Virus record (IMG/VR): IMGVR_UViG_3300024346_000044 | Span: 1-64,000 of that record | DNA length: 64,000 nucleotides | Direction: 5' to 3' (one strand) | Origin: a virus | Shown here: positions 40,904-51,408 of the stretch, one piece after another | How the letters are laid out: each line of letters begins with the position of its first letter | Numbering within the stretch: the first letter of the stretch is position 1 | Made by a program: the position numbers and the translations under genes | The notes under the pieces: generated by a model | The model's input: the letters and a program-made list of their open reading frames with translations, nothing else | What the model was told of the DNA's origin: nothing | Databases searched by the model: none

Positions 40904-43900
40904 TGAGTATAATAGGCGAAGGATTTTCCGATTGGATGAAAAAACAAGTAGAAGTTCGACAAAGAACTTTAGGATCAGGTTTAGTAGATAATAAAAGAAA
41001 TATATCATCAGCAAATACGGATTCTATTTCCCCTTTTTTAAACTCATCACCTTGGATTAGAATGGCTAGTTCTGTTGACTTAGTTCAATATAACGAAACA
41101 GAGAAAAAAGAATCCTCAGTACCTAAAAGTACTAAAACAGTATTAGATCTTTTTAAGTCCCAAGATGAATTTTCTAGTTATATTAATTCTTTTGAGGGTA
41201 GTGGATTAGCTAAAAATTTTGTGCTACATAATGGAGTAATGGCTGTGCCCAACCCATCAGCAACAATACCTGTAGCAGGAAATCAATATTCAGGTTTAAA
41301 TGATAAAGCATTTAACTCTAATAGTACAGTAAATACTGGTAATATTTTTGGAGGTACTTATGGATTTGGTTCTTCTGTAACATTGCAAGATGGACAAGGT
41401 CCAGTTCCTATGCCTGGAATAACATCAGTTTCTTTTAGTTACCAAAATGATGGTGCCCTATCTAAGGCATCAGTACAAATAAAGGCATATAGTCAATTCC
41501 AATTCCAACTAATAGATGTATTATTTCAAAGACCTGGGTATACTGTATTATTAGAATTTGGACATACTACTTTTTTAGATAATTTTGGAAATACTCAATA
41601 TGCAGGTCAAGGTGAATATGCAACAACATCTCCTTTTAATAAAATGTGGGAAGGTTCTTTACCACAATATAAAATAGCATCTGAAATTGCAAAAGAAAAA
41701 CAAAAATGGTGTGGAAATTATGAAGGTAATTTTATGAAAATTTCTAAATTTAATTGGAAATTTAATCCTGATGGAACCTATGATATAACTTGTAATTTAG
41801 TAGGATGTGGTGATGTAATTAATTCGTTAAAACTGAATACAGCTCCCAACAATCAATTACAATTAAAAGCAGAATCCGGTCAAGCCGCTAACGAAGAACA
41901 AAGAGAAGCTGCAGGTGAAGATGGAGTAGTAATAGTATCAGAAGCTATAGCTTCAAGTTTAAATTATGCTTTATATAGAGTATATATGACACAACAAATA
42001 GCTCAAGGAATTAATACTGGTTATGGAGCTTGGGCTAATTTTGTAAATTTTTTCTCAAGTCCTTTTGCTAATATAAAAATAGCAGAGGCTATTATCCCAG
42101 ATTTTCCAACCCCTAATTTTTCAATTATAAATAATGATGGTTCAATAGGAACATATAACCCTAAAAAAGATCAAAATAACCCACAAAGGATATTCACAAG
42201 TTTTAAATATAATAAAAAGGGAATTACAATAAAGGGTGGTACTATGTCTGTTAAAAATGCAACAGGTTCAACTTCAAGTACATATACCCCCCAAACATAT
42301 ATTACTTTTGGACATTTAATGGCTTTATTATTAACTAATTGTAATCTTGTAGATTCTAATAATATCCCATTAACTTACCTAAATATGAATTTTCAAAATT
42401 TAGATGAAGATAGTATTTTAGTAAAAACCTTTCCTGGTCATTTTTCTGCAGATCCTAATATATGTGTTATCCCTCCAACAGTGATTAATAAAGATGTATC
42501 AGATGGTGCATTTCAAAGACAAGAAAAAATAGGTAATTATGATTTTGTTAAAGCAATGGCAGTTCCTGAAATTGCAAAATTTGCAGTAGAAGGTGAACCT
42601 GAAAAAGGTAGATTAGCATGTGTATATTTAGACATTAATTTTATAGCGAGTATATTAAAAAATAATAAAGATAAAGAAGACCAAAGTATATCAGTCCTTT
42701 CATTCCTCCAGGGAATATTATCAGGAATAAATGAGGCTTTAGGAGGTATAAATAATTTTAGAGTATTATTTAATGAAAATACTCATATGATTGATATTGT
42801 AAATCAAGTTCCTTTTAATGACAAAGAAACTGACAAAACCCAACCTAATTTAACTACTATAAATACTTTTGGGTTAACCCCAGGACAAGGATGTTTTATT
42901 ACTGATTTAAGTTTAAAAGCAGAATTAACTGATAAATTTGCAGCTCAAATATCAATAGGAGCTCAAAATAATGGGAATACAAATGGAACTAATGCAGGTT
43001 CGTTTTCATCATATAATTATGGTTTAATTGACAGAATAACTCCAATTAAAAAACAAGTTAAAGAAGGAGATGCAGTTAAAGATCCCCCAGAGAAAAAAAA
43101 TACATTTACCCCAGACCCAGACCCAATTGGTACTATTTTTAGTGATAAAGTTTCAGAAGTTTTATATGAAGTATATGAAGATTTTGAATTTACATCTGAG
43201 TATGTTAGCACTTTAAAAAATATACAAAGTGATTACTGTAATGCAGTTATGGGACATAAGGCATCTGGAAAAACAACACCTGATGGTAAAGCAACAGCAG
43301 CAGCACCATTTTTTTTACCATTTAATTTAGGTTTAACCATGCATGGAATATCAGGTATGAGAATTTTTCAATCTTTTAAAACAGATGGAAAAGTTTTACC
43401 TTATACCTACAAAAGTGATAATGTTCAATTAATCATTAAAAGTTATAGCCATAAAGTAGATGTTGGTGGGTGGGAAACTAGCATTGAAACTATGACAAAA
43501 CCTATAATGGGACCTATAGGTAAAAACCAATCAAATCCTCCACAAAATACTAGTACAACAGGAACTGCAGGTTCAAGTAATTCATCAACATCAACTTCAG
43601 CCCCAGTAACAGATGAAGGAACATACACACCAGACCCAAATGGTACTATAACTAGTGGTTACCCATTAAATAAAATTTATTATGATGGGCCTACAAATAA
43701 AACACAAATTTATCTCCACCACACAGCAGGAAGACAGAATATTAAAAATACAGTTCATGGTTGGAATAATAGAACTGATCATGTTGCTACTCATTATATA
43801 ACAAACAATGCAGGAGAAAAAGAACAATTATTTGTAGATGAAGCATGGGCTAACCATTTAGGATTACCTGGATCTACATTTAAAAAATTCGGGGTTTCTT

Positions 43901-44304
43901 ACCAAAATTTAAATAAAGTAAGTTTAGGTATTGAATTACAAGCAGCTGGAGGATTAAAGAAACAATCAAATGGTACATACCAAACATGGTTTAAACAAAA
44001 TCTCCCATTATCTAAGGTAGCAAGACCAGTAGATAAAAATGGTCGTTTTACAGAATATAAAGGATACCAATATTATGAAAAATATTCAAATGCTCAAATT
44101 AATAATATAAGACAAATAGTAACAGGATGGATGAGTAAATATGGTATTCCTTATACATTTAATTATGATGAATTATTTACATTAAATAAAGTACCATTAA
44201 CTGGTAAGCCTGGTATTTATACACATAATAGTGTCCGTACAGATAAATTTGATGTATTTCCTCAAAAAGAATTAATTGACATGCTAAAAAGTATACAAAC
44301 GTAA
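40903..44304 (+). CDS. baseplate hub protein with C-terminal N-acetylmuramoyl-L-alanine amidase
   Basis: PMPGITS, RPGYTVLLEFG, GISGMRIF, HKV..GWETSIE hub motifs; C-terminal IYLHHTAG, THY, GIEL, YTHNSVRTDKFD. Confidence 0.75.
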   Translation: MSIIGEGFSDWMKKQVEVRQRTLGSGLVDNKRNISSANTDSISPFLNSSPWIRMASSVDLVQYNETEKKESSVPKSTKTVLDLFKSQDEFSSYINSFEGSGLAKNFVLHNGVMAVPNPSATIPVAGNQYSGLNDKAFNSNSTVNTGNIFGGTYGFGSSVTLQDGQGPVPMPGITSVSFSYQNDGALSKASVQIKAYSQFQFQLIDVLFQRPGYTVLLEFGHTTFLDNFGNTQYAGQGEYATTSPFNKMWEGSLPQYKIASEIAKEKQKWCGNYEGNFMKISKFNWKFNPDGTYDITCNLVGCGDVINSLKLNTAPNNQLQLKAESGQAANEEQREAAGEDGVVIVSEAIASSLNYALYRVYMTQQIAQGINTGYGAWANFVNFFSSPFANIKIAEAIIPDFPTPNFSIINNDGSIGTYNPKKDQNNPQRIFTSFKYNKKGITIKGGTMSVKNATGSTSSTYTPQTYITFGHLMALLLTNCNLVDSNNIPLTYLNMNFQNLDEDSILVKTFPGHFSADPNICVIPPTVINKDVSDGAFQRQEKIGNYDFVKAMAVPEIAKFAVEGEPEKGRLACVYLDINFIASILKNNKDKEDQSISVLSFLQGILSGINEALGGINNFRVLFNENTHMIDIVNQVPFNDKETDKTQPNLTTINTFGLTPGQGCFITDLSLKAELTDKFAAQISIGAQNNGNTNGTNAGSFSSYNYGLIDRITPIKKQVKEGDAVKDPPEKKNTFTPDPDPIGTIFSDKVSEVLYEVYEDFEFTSEYVSTLKNIQSDYCNAVMGHKASGKTTPDGKATAAAPFFLPFNLGLTMHGISGMRIFQSFKTDGKVLPYTYKSDNVQLIIKSYSHKVDVGGWETSIETMTKPIMGPIGKNQSNPPQNTSTTGTAGSSNSSTSTSAPVTDEGTYTPDPNGTITSGYPLNKIYYDGPTNKTQIYLHHTAGRQNIKNTVHGWNNRTDHVATHYITNNAGEKEQLFVDEAWANHLGLPGSTFKKFGVSYQNLNKVSLGIELQAAGGLKKQSNGTYQTWFKQNLPLSKVARPVDKNGRFTEYKGYQYYEKYSNAQINNIRQIVTGWMSKYGIPYTFNYDELFTLNKVPLTGKPGIYTHNSVRTDKFDVFPQKELIDMLKSIQT

Positions 44305-45299
44305 TGTATTATCCTAAAAGTAGAATAATAGAGGGTCTTTACACTAATGGTGGAGAATTTAAATATAAAATTAATAATGAAATCTACATTGGTTATTATC
44401 ATAAATTTTATAATGGGAAAACATTTTCAGGAAAAACACAAAATTCCCTCCCAAAACAAGAAATTATCCCAATAATAGGGAATTTAAATTCTGATGTAGA
44501 TAAATTATATATTTTAAATACTGATACTAAGATAGCTTTATTTTTAAATGACCCTGATCCAATAGTAGACATTAGTAAATGGAACCAATCAGAAATTATT
44601 AAATATTTAAAACTTAAAGGTTTACCAACGAATGAAGATAATCCTAGAAATGTTCCACAAATCTATTATCCAAACCCAACAGATAAAGATTATGAAAATA
44701 GGACAATAAAGAGATATTTTGCTATGAAAATAAATGAACGAGATGTTTTTGTAGAGATATCAAAAGATACATATAAAAAGTTAAAGGATCAAGATAAAAA
44801 GTGGATGTGGGAAAGGTACCAAATATTTACTTTAGTTTGGACTATAGTGGGTGAAACCAAGTCACAAGTAGAAGAAACTAACAGAAATATATTATATCTT
44901 AAGCAAAGAGAAATAAGAAGAAATGGATTAATAGCATATTTAAGGGGCAACTATTCTAAGTTTTTTAAATCACTATCCCAATTAAAATTAGAAATGGCAC
45001 CCCCTCAATCTAAAAAGATAAATAAAACTCCTCCTAATGCTAATCCTATCCCACCTTCACCATCTGAAGTAAGATCTAAAAAGTTTTTCGATAAAAAGGA
45101 AAAATTAGAAGTAGCAGAAATATTAGCATTAAACCGAGAAATTGAAATGAAAGAAGGTCAACAAAAATCAAATAAACCCCTATTTGGTAACCCTGATGTT
45201 AAAGAAAATATTTCTGAAATTCCTGAAATCCCAAATGAAATAAATGATCCAATCCCACCTACTAACTCCTCTCCTTCAACTACAACTGGGGGATATTAA
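44304..45299 (+). CDS. conserved baseplate-region hypothetical protein
   Basis: LYTNGGEF, YIGYYH, PTDKDY..RYF; Pro-rich tail. Confidence 0.6.
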   Translation: MYYPKSRIIEGLYTNGGEFKYKINNEIYIGYYHKFYNGKTFSGKTQNSLPKQEIIPIIGNLNSDVDKLYILNTDTKIALFLNDPDPIVDISKWNQSEIIKYLKLKGLPTNEDNPRNVPQIYYPNPTDKDYENRTIKRYFAMKINERDVFVEISKDTYKKLKDQDKKWMWERYQIFTLVWTIVGETKSQVEETNRNILYLKQREIRRNGLIAYLRGNYSKFFKSLSQLKLEMAPPQSKKINKTPPNANPIPPSPSEVRSKKFFDKKEKLEVAEILALNREIEMKEGQQKSNKPLFGNPDVKENISEIPEIPNEINDPIPPTNSSPSTTTGGY

Positions 45300-45317
45300 A
45301 TCTAGTTCGTATATTTA
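45286..45317 (+). promoter_or_regulatory. host-type promoter for the replication block
   Basis: CTGG-N20-TATATTTA with TTCG extension. Confidence 0.55.
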
Positions 45318-45333
45318 AGTCAAAATTAAAGTT

Positions 45334-46593
45334 ATGTTTTGGTTAGTTGAGACAGAGGATCAATTAGATAGGTTATACGAAAGCAATTTTAAGGAGGCAT
45401 TTATTGAAATAATCCCTTATGATTATAGAGAACACCCATGTCAAAGCCAAATTTGTGCGGTTTATATTAGACCTTTAGAATCAACAAAAGGATTTATTAT
45501 ACCTTACAACCATAGCGAAACATTTAAAATAGACATAAATAAAGCAGAAAAAATAATAGAGAAATTTGATAAGATATACGTTAGAGATAAGAAAGAATTT
45601 TTACATTACTACCCAATTCAAACTCTTTTCGACATTACTTTACATTGTCCTACATATATACCAGAACAAACACCGACTCATTATCATTTTCACAAAAATA
45701 ATCAAAACGCCTATAACGCGAGTATATTAATTCCAATCGTTAAGCACTATGAGTATTGTGAAAAAATTTTTAATAACATTAAATCGCATATAAATGACCA
45801 AATCAATGAATTTTACAACAACGACGCCACAATGGTGTTCAACGCTATCGAAAGAAATGGAATACGAATTAATAGAAGAGAATTTGAAAAGAACTTTCAC
45901 GTACCAAATTCCGATTTCGTATTTACACAATTTAACTTCAAAACCCTCACAAGAAGACCCTCAAATAAATTTAAAAAAGTAAATTATGCCGCGCTCAAAA
46001 AAGATAATGGTGAAAGAAAATCTTTCATTCCCAATAATGACCTTTTTGTGGAATTGGATATTAGTGCTTATCATCCTACCCTTTTGGCTCATTTGGTACA
46101 TTACAAGTTTAATACTGATGACATTCATGAAGCTTTTAGTAAGATGTATGGTGTTGACTACAAAACAGCAAAAGAAATTACTTTTAAACAGCTTTACGGA
46201 GGAATTTTTAAAGAATACAAAGAACTAGAGTTTTTTAAAAAGGTTCAAAAATATATAGATGAACTGTGGCAAAAGTTCCAAAGCGATGGTTACATTGAAG
46301 TACCGATATCAAAATGGAAATTTAAAAAAGATGAACTGGAAAATATGAATCCGCAAAAACTGTTAAATTACTTACTTCAAGGCTTGGAGACCGCAATGAA
46401 TGTTCGTATATTGTGGGAAATAATGAAGGTGTTAAAAGGTAAGAATACAAAAGTTGTATTATATACTTATGATAGTTTCTTATTTGACCTCGATAAGAGT
46501 GAAAAAGATACGTTTAATTTAATTTTAAAAATATTTGAAAAATACAAACTAACAACAAAAATGAACTATGGAACAGACTATGATTTTAGATAA
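45334..46593 (+). CDS. divergent, compact family-A nucleotide polymerase
   Basis: TLTRRPS, motif A ELDISAYHP, motif B AKEITFKQLYGG, NYLLQG, motif C LYTYDSFLFD. Confidence 0.75.
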   Translation: MFWLVETEDQLDRLYESNFKEAFIEIIPYDYREHPCQSQICAVYIRPLESTKGFIIPYNHSETFKIDINKAEKIIEKFDKIYVRDKKEFLHYYPIQTLFDITLHCPTYIPEQTPTHYHFHKNNQNAYNASILIPIVKHYEYCEKIFNNIKSHINDQINEFYNNDATMVFNAIERNGIRINRREFEKNFHVPNSDFVFTQFNFKTLTRRPSNKFKKVNYAALKKDNGERKSFIPNNDLFVELDISAYHPTLLAHLVHYKFNTDDIHEAFSKMYGVDYKTAKEITFKQLYGGIFKEYKELEFFKKVQKYIDELWQKFQSDGYIEVPISKWKFKKDELENMNPQKLLNYLLQGLETAMNVRILWEIMKVLKGKNTKVVLYTYDSFLFDLDKSEKDTFNLILKIFEKYKLTTKMNYGTDYDFR

Positions 46594-47041
46594 AGAGGTC
46601 AATACGTATAAGGTGGACGATTTCCAAGATTTCTCCACATTAAATTTACACGATTTGAACAATAAGCTATTTTGCACCTTTACTACCCTAGAAGAACTCG
46701 ATGGGTTAATTAAAAGCATAACATCCAGCTATGATATCATGTACAACAAATTATTTGTTCTTCATGTAAAAAGCAATGATGAATATGTTTGCACTTACAA
46801 TATTGATCAAGGTAACGTATCTGATCTTCCTAAAAATACAATCCTAGTACATAGAAAAAAAGATTCCAATACATTATATACTATTAATGCTCTTAATGAG
46901 TTAATTAAAAAGTTAAATAATGGTATTGTTGATACAAAATTTCCAATAGATTGGAAACATTACCGAAATACCATCTTGTTAACACAACATGATGAGTTAA
47001 GACAATTAAAGACAAAAATCCACAAGATTATTGAACTTTAA
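46568..47041 (+). CDS. conserved hypothetical protein (true start may be GTG 46613 or TTG 46655)
   Basis: NKLFCTF, TILVHRKKDSNTLYTINALN; late-type motif ATACGTATAA at 46602-46611. Confidence 0.65.
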   Translation: MEQTMILDKEVNTYKVDDFQDFSTLNLHDLNNKLFCTFTTLEELDGLIKSITSSYDIMYNKLFVLHVKSNDEYVCTYNIDQGNVSDLPKNTILVHRKKDSNTLYTINALNELIKKLNNGIVDTKFPIDWKHYRNTILLTQHDELRQLKTKIHKIIEL

Positions 47042-47073
47042 TTTGGATTATTGAAATCAAGTTATTATATTAA
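47042..47073 (+). promoter_or_regulatory. host-type promoter upstream of SSB
   Basis: TTTG-N20-TATATTAA. Confidence 0.55.
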
Positions 47074-47090
47074 AACAAAAGTTATAAATT

Positions 47091-47927
47091 ATGAATTTAG
47101 ATATCATCAAACAAAAATTAGACTCTTTAAATAAGCAGTCAACAAACTCCCAAAACGGAGAAAGAAAACAATTATTTTGGAAACCTACAGTAGGTAAACA
47201 AATAATTAGAGTAGTTCCTTCAAAATTTAATAAGGAATTCCCATTTACAGAAATGAAATTTTACTATGGAATTGGTAAAAAAGTAATGGCATCACCCTCA
47301 AATTGGGGTGAAAAAGATCCAATTATCGAATTTTGTAAGAAATTACGTGATTCATCAGATAGAGAAAATTGGAGATTAGCTAAAAAATTAGAGCCAAAAA
47401 CCAGAACATTTGCCCCTGTTATTATAAGAGGTGAAGAAGCTGAAGGTGTTAAACTATGGCAATTTGGAAAAGAAGTATACGATGCTTTCTTAAACATGGC
47501 TTACGATGAAGAGATAGGTGACTACACTAACATTGCAAATGGTAGAGATATCAAATTGACAACAGTAGGACCAGAATCTACAGGTACTCCTTACAATAAG
47601 ACAACAATTGGACCATCATTAAAATTAACTCCATTATCAGATAACCAAGAAACAGTTACTGAATTGTTAGATAATCAAGTTGATCCAATGAAAATCTTTA
47701 AGCCACTTTCTTATGATGAAATGAAAAATGCATTACAAGAATGGTTATCACCTGAAGAAAGTGAAGGTTCTATATCATCTGAACCTGCAGTAGCATTTGA
47801 TAGTGATAAAAAAGAGACTCCAAAATCTAATTATTCATTAAAATCACCATCAAAATCAGACCAATTTGATAATATGTTTAATGACAATAAGTCTTCAAAA
47901 ACTGAAGATGATGGTTTACCATTTTAA
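47091..47927 (+). CDS. single-stranded DNA-binding protein (gp32-like)
   Basis: FWKP, IRVVP, KLWQFGK, GRDIKL; acidic tail ending DDGLPF. Confidence 0.85.
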   Translation: MNLDIIKQKLDSLNKQSTNSQNGERKQLFWKPTVGKQIIRVVPSKFNKEFPFTEMKFYYGIGKKVMASPSNWGEKDPIIEFCKKLRDSSDRENWRLAKKLEPKTRTFAPVIIRGEEAEGVKLWQFGKEVYDAFLNMAYDEEIGDYTNIANGRDIKLTTVGPESTGTPYNKTTIGPSLKLTPLSDNQETVTELLDNQVDPMKIFKPLSYDEMKNALQEWLSPEESEGSISSEPAVAFDSDKKETPKSNYSLKSPSKSDQFDNMFNDNKSSKTEDDGLPF

Positions 47928-47936
47928 TAAAAATAC

Positions 47937-49010
47937 ATGCCAAGAAAAAAATCAATATCAGCGGCTGTGTCCTCTGAAATAAGATCTAATTTTAATTTAG
48001 ATAATTTTAAAAATAAAAAAGGTCTATCATCAAAAGCCAAATTTAAAGACCAGGAATGGATCCCTCTTTCTGATGCTTATCAAGAAATAACATCTGTTCC
48101 TGGAATACCTATGGGGCATATTGTTTTGTTAAGAGGACATTCAGATACAGGTAAAACAACCGCTTTACTAGAAGCTGCAGTATCCGCACAAAAAACAAAG
48201 ATACTGCCTGTTTTTATTATTACTGAAATGAAGTGGAATTGGGAACATGCTAAGCAAATGGGATTGCAAATTGATGAAGTAATAGATAAAGAAACCGGAG
48301 AAATTATAGACTATACAGGTAATTTTATTTATGTAGATAGAGAAACTATAAATACAATTGAAGATGTTTCTAGCTTTATTTTAGATTTAATAGATGAACA
48401 GAAAAAAGGTGATTTACCTTATGATTTACTATTCTTATGGGATTCAATTGGATCAGTACCTTGTGAAATGTCTGTAAAATCAAATAAAAATAATAATGAA
48501 TGGAATGCTGGTGCAATGTCTACTCAATTTGGTAATAACGTAAACCAAAGAATTACATTATCAAGAAAAGAATCATCACCGTTTACTAATACATTAGTTT
48601 GTATCAATAAAGTATGGACAGCAAAAGCTGAATCACCAATGGGTAAACCTAAGTTAATGAATAAAGGTGGATTTGCTATGTGGTTTGATTCTACATTTGT
48701 AGTAACATTTGGCAATATAATGTCTGCTGGAACTTCCAAAATTAAAGCAATTAAAGATGGTAAGCAAGTAGAATTTGCTAAACGTGTTAATGTTCAGATT
48801 GATAAAAACCATATTAATGGAGTTACAACAAGAGGTAGAATTGTAATGACACCTCATGGATTTATTTTAGATAATGATAAAGCATTAAAAACTTATAAAG
48901 AACAAAATGCTAAAGCCTGGAAAGAAATTCTAGGAGGTGGTGATTTTAAAATAGTAGAGGAAGACCAAAACTATGAAGATATTACCTCATATATAGGAGA
49001 ACCCGAATAA
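47937..49010 (+). CDS. RecA/UvsX-like recombinase
   Basis: GIPMGHI, Walker A GHSDTGKT, LWDSIGS, KGG, KNH. Confidence 0.85.
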   Translation: MPRKKSISAAVSSEIRSNFNLDNFKNKKGLSSKAKFKDQEWIPLSDAYQEITSVPGIPMGHIVLLRGHSDTGKTTALLEAAVSAQKTKILPVFIITEMKWNWEHAKQMGLQIDEVIDKETGEIIDYTGNFIYVDRETINTIEDVSSFILDLIDEQKKGDLPYDLLFLWDSIGSVPCEMSVKSNKNNNEWNAGAMSTQFGNNVNQRITLSRKESSPFTNTLVCINKVWTAKAESPMGKPKLMNKGGFAMWFDSTFVVTFGNIMSAGTSKIKAIKDGKQVEFAKRVNVQIDKNHINGVTTRGRIVMTPHGFILDNDKALKTYKEQNAKAWKEILGGGDFKIVEEDQNYEDITSYIGEPE

Positions 49011-49013
49011 ATT

Positions 49014-50039
49014 ATGAAACAAAAAGAATTATTAAAACTCCTGGACGATGTTCAGGAGAACGGAAAAGAGACTGCTTCTGGTGAAAGATTTTTATTAATA
49101 GATGGATTAAATTTATTTTTTAGAAACTTTGCTGTAATGAATATGGTAAATCCTGATGGGGTACATATTGGAGGTTTAGGTGGATTTTTTAGGTCACTAG
49201 GTGCTGAAATCAGAAGAATCGAACCTACCCAAGTATATGTAATATTTGATGGAGTTGGTTCTTCTAATAACAGAAAAAATATAATACCCGAATATAAATC
49301 AGGTAGAGATCTACAGCGTATTACAAATTGGGAGGTATTCGATAATCATGATGAAGAAGATGATTCAAAGGTAGACCAAATTGTTAGAATTATTCATTAT
49401 TTAAAAACTTTACCAGTTAAAACTATATCTATTGATAAAGTTGAAGCTGATGATATTATTGCCCATTTAAGTAGAATTTTACCTAAAAATGATAAAGACA
49501 AAGCATTTATAGTATCTAGTGATAAAGATTTCATCCAGTTAGTAAGTGAAAATGTATTTTTATATAGACCAATGGAAAAGGAATATTATACTAGGCAAAC
49601 TGTTTATGACAAATATAATATGTCCCCTGAAAATTTTATATTACATAAAACACTTTTAGGAGATAATTCTGATAAAATTAAAGGAGTTAAAGGACTAGGA
49701 GAAAAAGGATTATATAAAAAATTTCCTGAATTACAAGAACGTGATTTAACTTTAAAAGATATAATCCAAATATCAGAATCAAAATTTAAAGAGCATGTAG
49801 TATATGCTCGTATAGTTCAAATGGTTAATGAGTTAGAAAAAAATTATAAAGTAATGGATTTATCCAACCCAATGATCGATGAAAGAGATAAAGAATATTT
49901 AAAAGAGATTGTCGATTCAAAAGAGCTTTCGTATATTCCCGAACAGTTCGTAGCAATGTATCACCAAGATAAATTGGGAGGAATGATCAGAAATGTAGAT
50001 TTCTGGGTAAAAGATGTTTTCGCAAAATTAGTTATATGA
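49014..50039 (+). CDS. 5'-3' exonuclease/flap endonuclease (T4 RNase H-like)
   Basis: LIDGLN, FDG, YKSGR, EADDII, SSDKDF, GDNSDKIKGVKGLGEK. Confidence 0.92.
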   Translation: MKQKELLKLLDDVQENGKETASGERFLLIDGLNLFFRNFAVMNMVNPDGVHIGGLGGFFRSLGAEIRRIEPTQVYVIFDGVGSSNNRKNIIPEYKSGRDLQRITNWEVFDNHDEEDDSKVDQIVRIIHYLKTLPVKTISIDKVEADDIIAHLSRILPKNDKDKAFIVSSDKDFIQLVSENVFLYRPMEKEYYTRQTVYDKYNMSPENFILHKTLLGDNSDKIKGVKGLGEKGLYKKFPELQERDLTLKDIIQISESKFKEHVVYARIVQMVNELEKNYKVMDLSNPMIDERDKEYLKEIVDSKELSYIPEQFVAMYHQDKLGGMIRNVDFWVKDVFAKLVI

Positions 50040-51400
50040 CATTAAAAACTTTAAACCAATACGGTCCTCACTTTCAAGTAAGAGTACTGTCTTCATTATT
50101 AAATCATAAGGATTTTTTAACAAATATCCATGATATTTTAAGTGAGGATTATTTTGATAACCAATCCCATAAATGGATAATATCAGAAATCTTAAAATAT
50201 TACGATAAGTATCACACTACTCCCTCAATGGATGTTCTTAAAATAGAACTACAAAAGATAGAAAATGAAGTATTAGGTTTAGGTATTAAAACTGAATTAG
50301 GTTTAGCATATAGGGTAGATGAAGATGATTCTAATTACATTCAAGAAGAATTCTCATCATTTTGTAAAAACCAACAACTTAAAAAGGCATTATTAGGTAG
50401 TGTAGATTTGCTAAAAATGGGGGATTATGACTCCATCAAAAACTTAATTGGCAACGCATTAAAAGCAGGCCAGGATAAAAACATAGGACATGAATATAAA
50501 AAAGACATTGAATCTAGATATAGGGAAGACCATAGAACAACAATTGCAACCCCTTGGGAAAAAATTAATGATATACTCCAAGGTGGACTTGGAAATGGTG
50601 ATTTTGGCCTTATATTTGGTAATCCAGGAGGTGGTAAATCTTGGACATTAGTAGCATTAGGTGGATCTGCAGTAAGAGCAGGTTATAATGTTTTACACTA
50701 TACCTTAGAATTAGGTGAAAAGTATGTAGGAAGACGTTATGATGCTTTCTTTAGCAATATACCAGTTGACAATATTACTAAAAATAGAGAAAAAATAGAA
50801 GGAATAGTAGATAAAATCCCAGGTAATTTAATTATAAAAGAATTTCCAACAGGAAAGGCAACAGTTTCTACACTAGAATCACATATCAAAAAAGTTACAG
50901 ACACAGGAGTTAAACCTGATTTAATTATAATAGATTATGTTGACTTACTTGGCACAAAAAAGCGAACAGTTGATCGTAAGAGTGAAATTGATGATATTTA
51001 TACTAGCACAAAAGGTCTCGCTCGAGAATTAGATATTCCAATTTGGAGTGTTTCTCAAGTTAACAGAGCTGGAGCTAATGATGCTATTGTAGAAGGAGAT
51101 AAAGCAGCTGGATCTTATGATAAACTTATGATCACAGATGTTTGTGTATCCCTTTCTAGAAGAAAAGAAGATAAAGTTAATGGAACCGGTAGATTCCATA
51201 TAATGAAAAATAGATACGGAATGGATGGAATAACTTTTAGTGTTAAAGCTGATACCTCAACAGGTCATTTTAAAGTTTATGATTATGACCCTCATGATGT
51301 AGTAGAAGAACCACAAAATAATGGATCTAGTCTTAAAAAAGATTTTTCTGATATGGATAAACAATTACTAAGAAGCAAATTACTAAATTTAAACTCATAA
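50036..51400 (+). CDS. DnaB/gp41-like replicative helicase
   Basis: GNPGGGKS, YTLEL, IIIDYVDL, SQVNR, MKNRYG. Confidence 0.92.
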   Translation: MTLKTLNQYGPHFQVRVLSSLLNHKDFLTNIHDILSEDYFDNQSHKWIISEILKYYDKYHTTPSMDVLKIELQKIENEVLGLGIKTELGLAYRVDEDDSNYIQEEFSSFCKNQQLKKALLGSVDLLKMGDYDSIKNLIGNALKAGQDKNIGHEYKKDIESRYREDHRTTIATPWEKINDILQGGLGNGDFGLIFGNPGGGKSWTLVALGGSAVRAGYNVLHYTLELGEKYVGRRYDAFFSNIPVDNITKNREKIEGIVDKIPGNLIIKEFPTGKATVSTLESHIKKVTDTGVKPDLIIIDYVDLLGTKKRTVDRKSEIDDIYTSTKGLARELDIPIWSVSQVNRAGANDAIVEGDKAAGSYDKLMITDVCVSLSRRKEDKVNGTGRFHIMKNRYGMDGITFSVKADTSTGHFKVYDYDPHDVVEEPQNNGSSLKKDFSDMDKQLLRSKLLNLNS

Positions 51401-51408
51401 ACTACAAA

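Noticed and set aside
45794-46228. Alternative-frame + strand ORFs inside the polymerase gene
   Set aside because: No motifs; the main frame has continuous polymerase motifs
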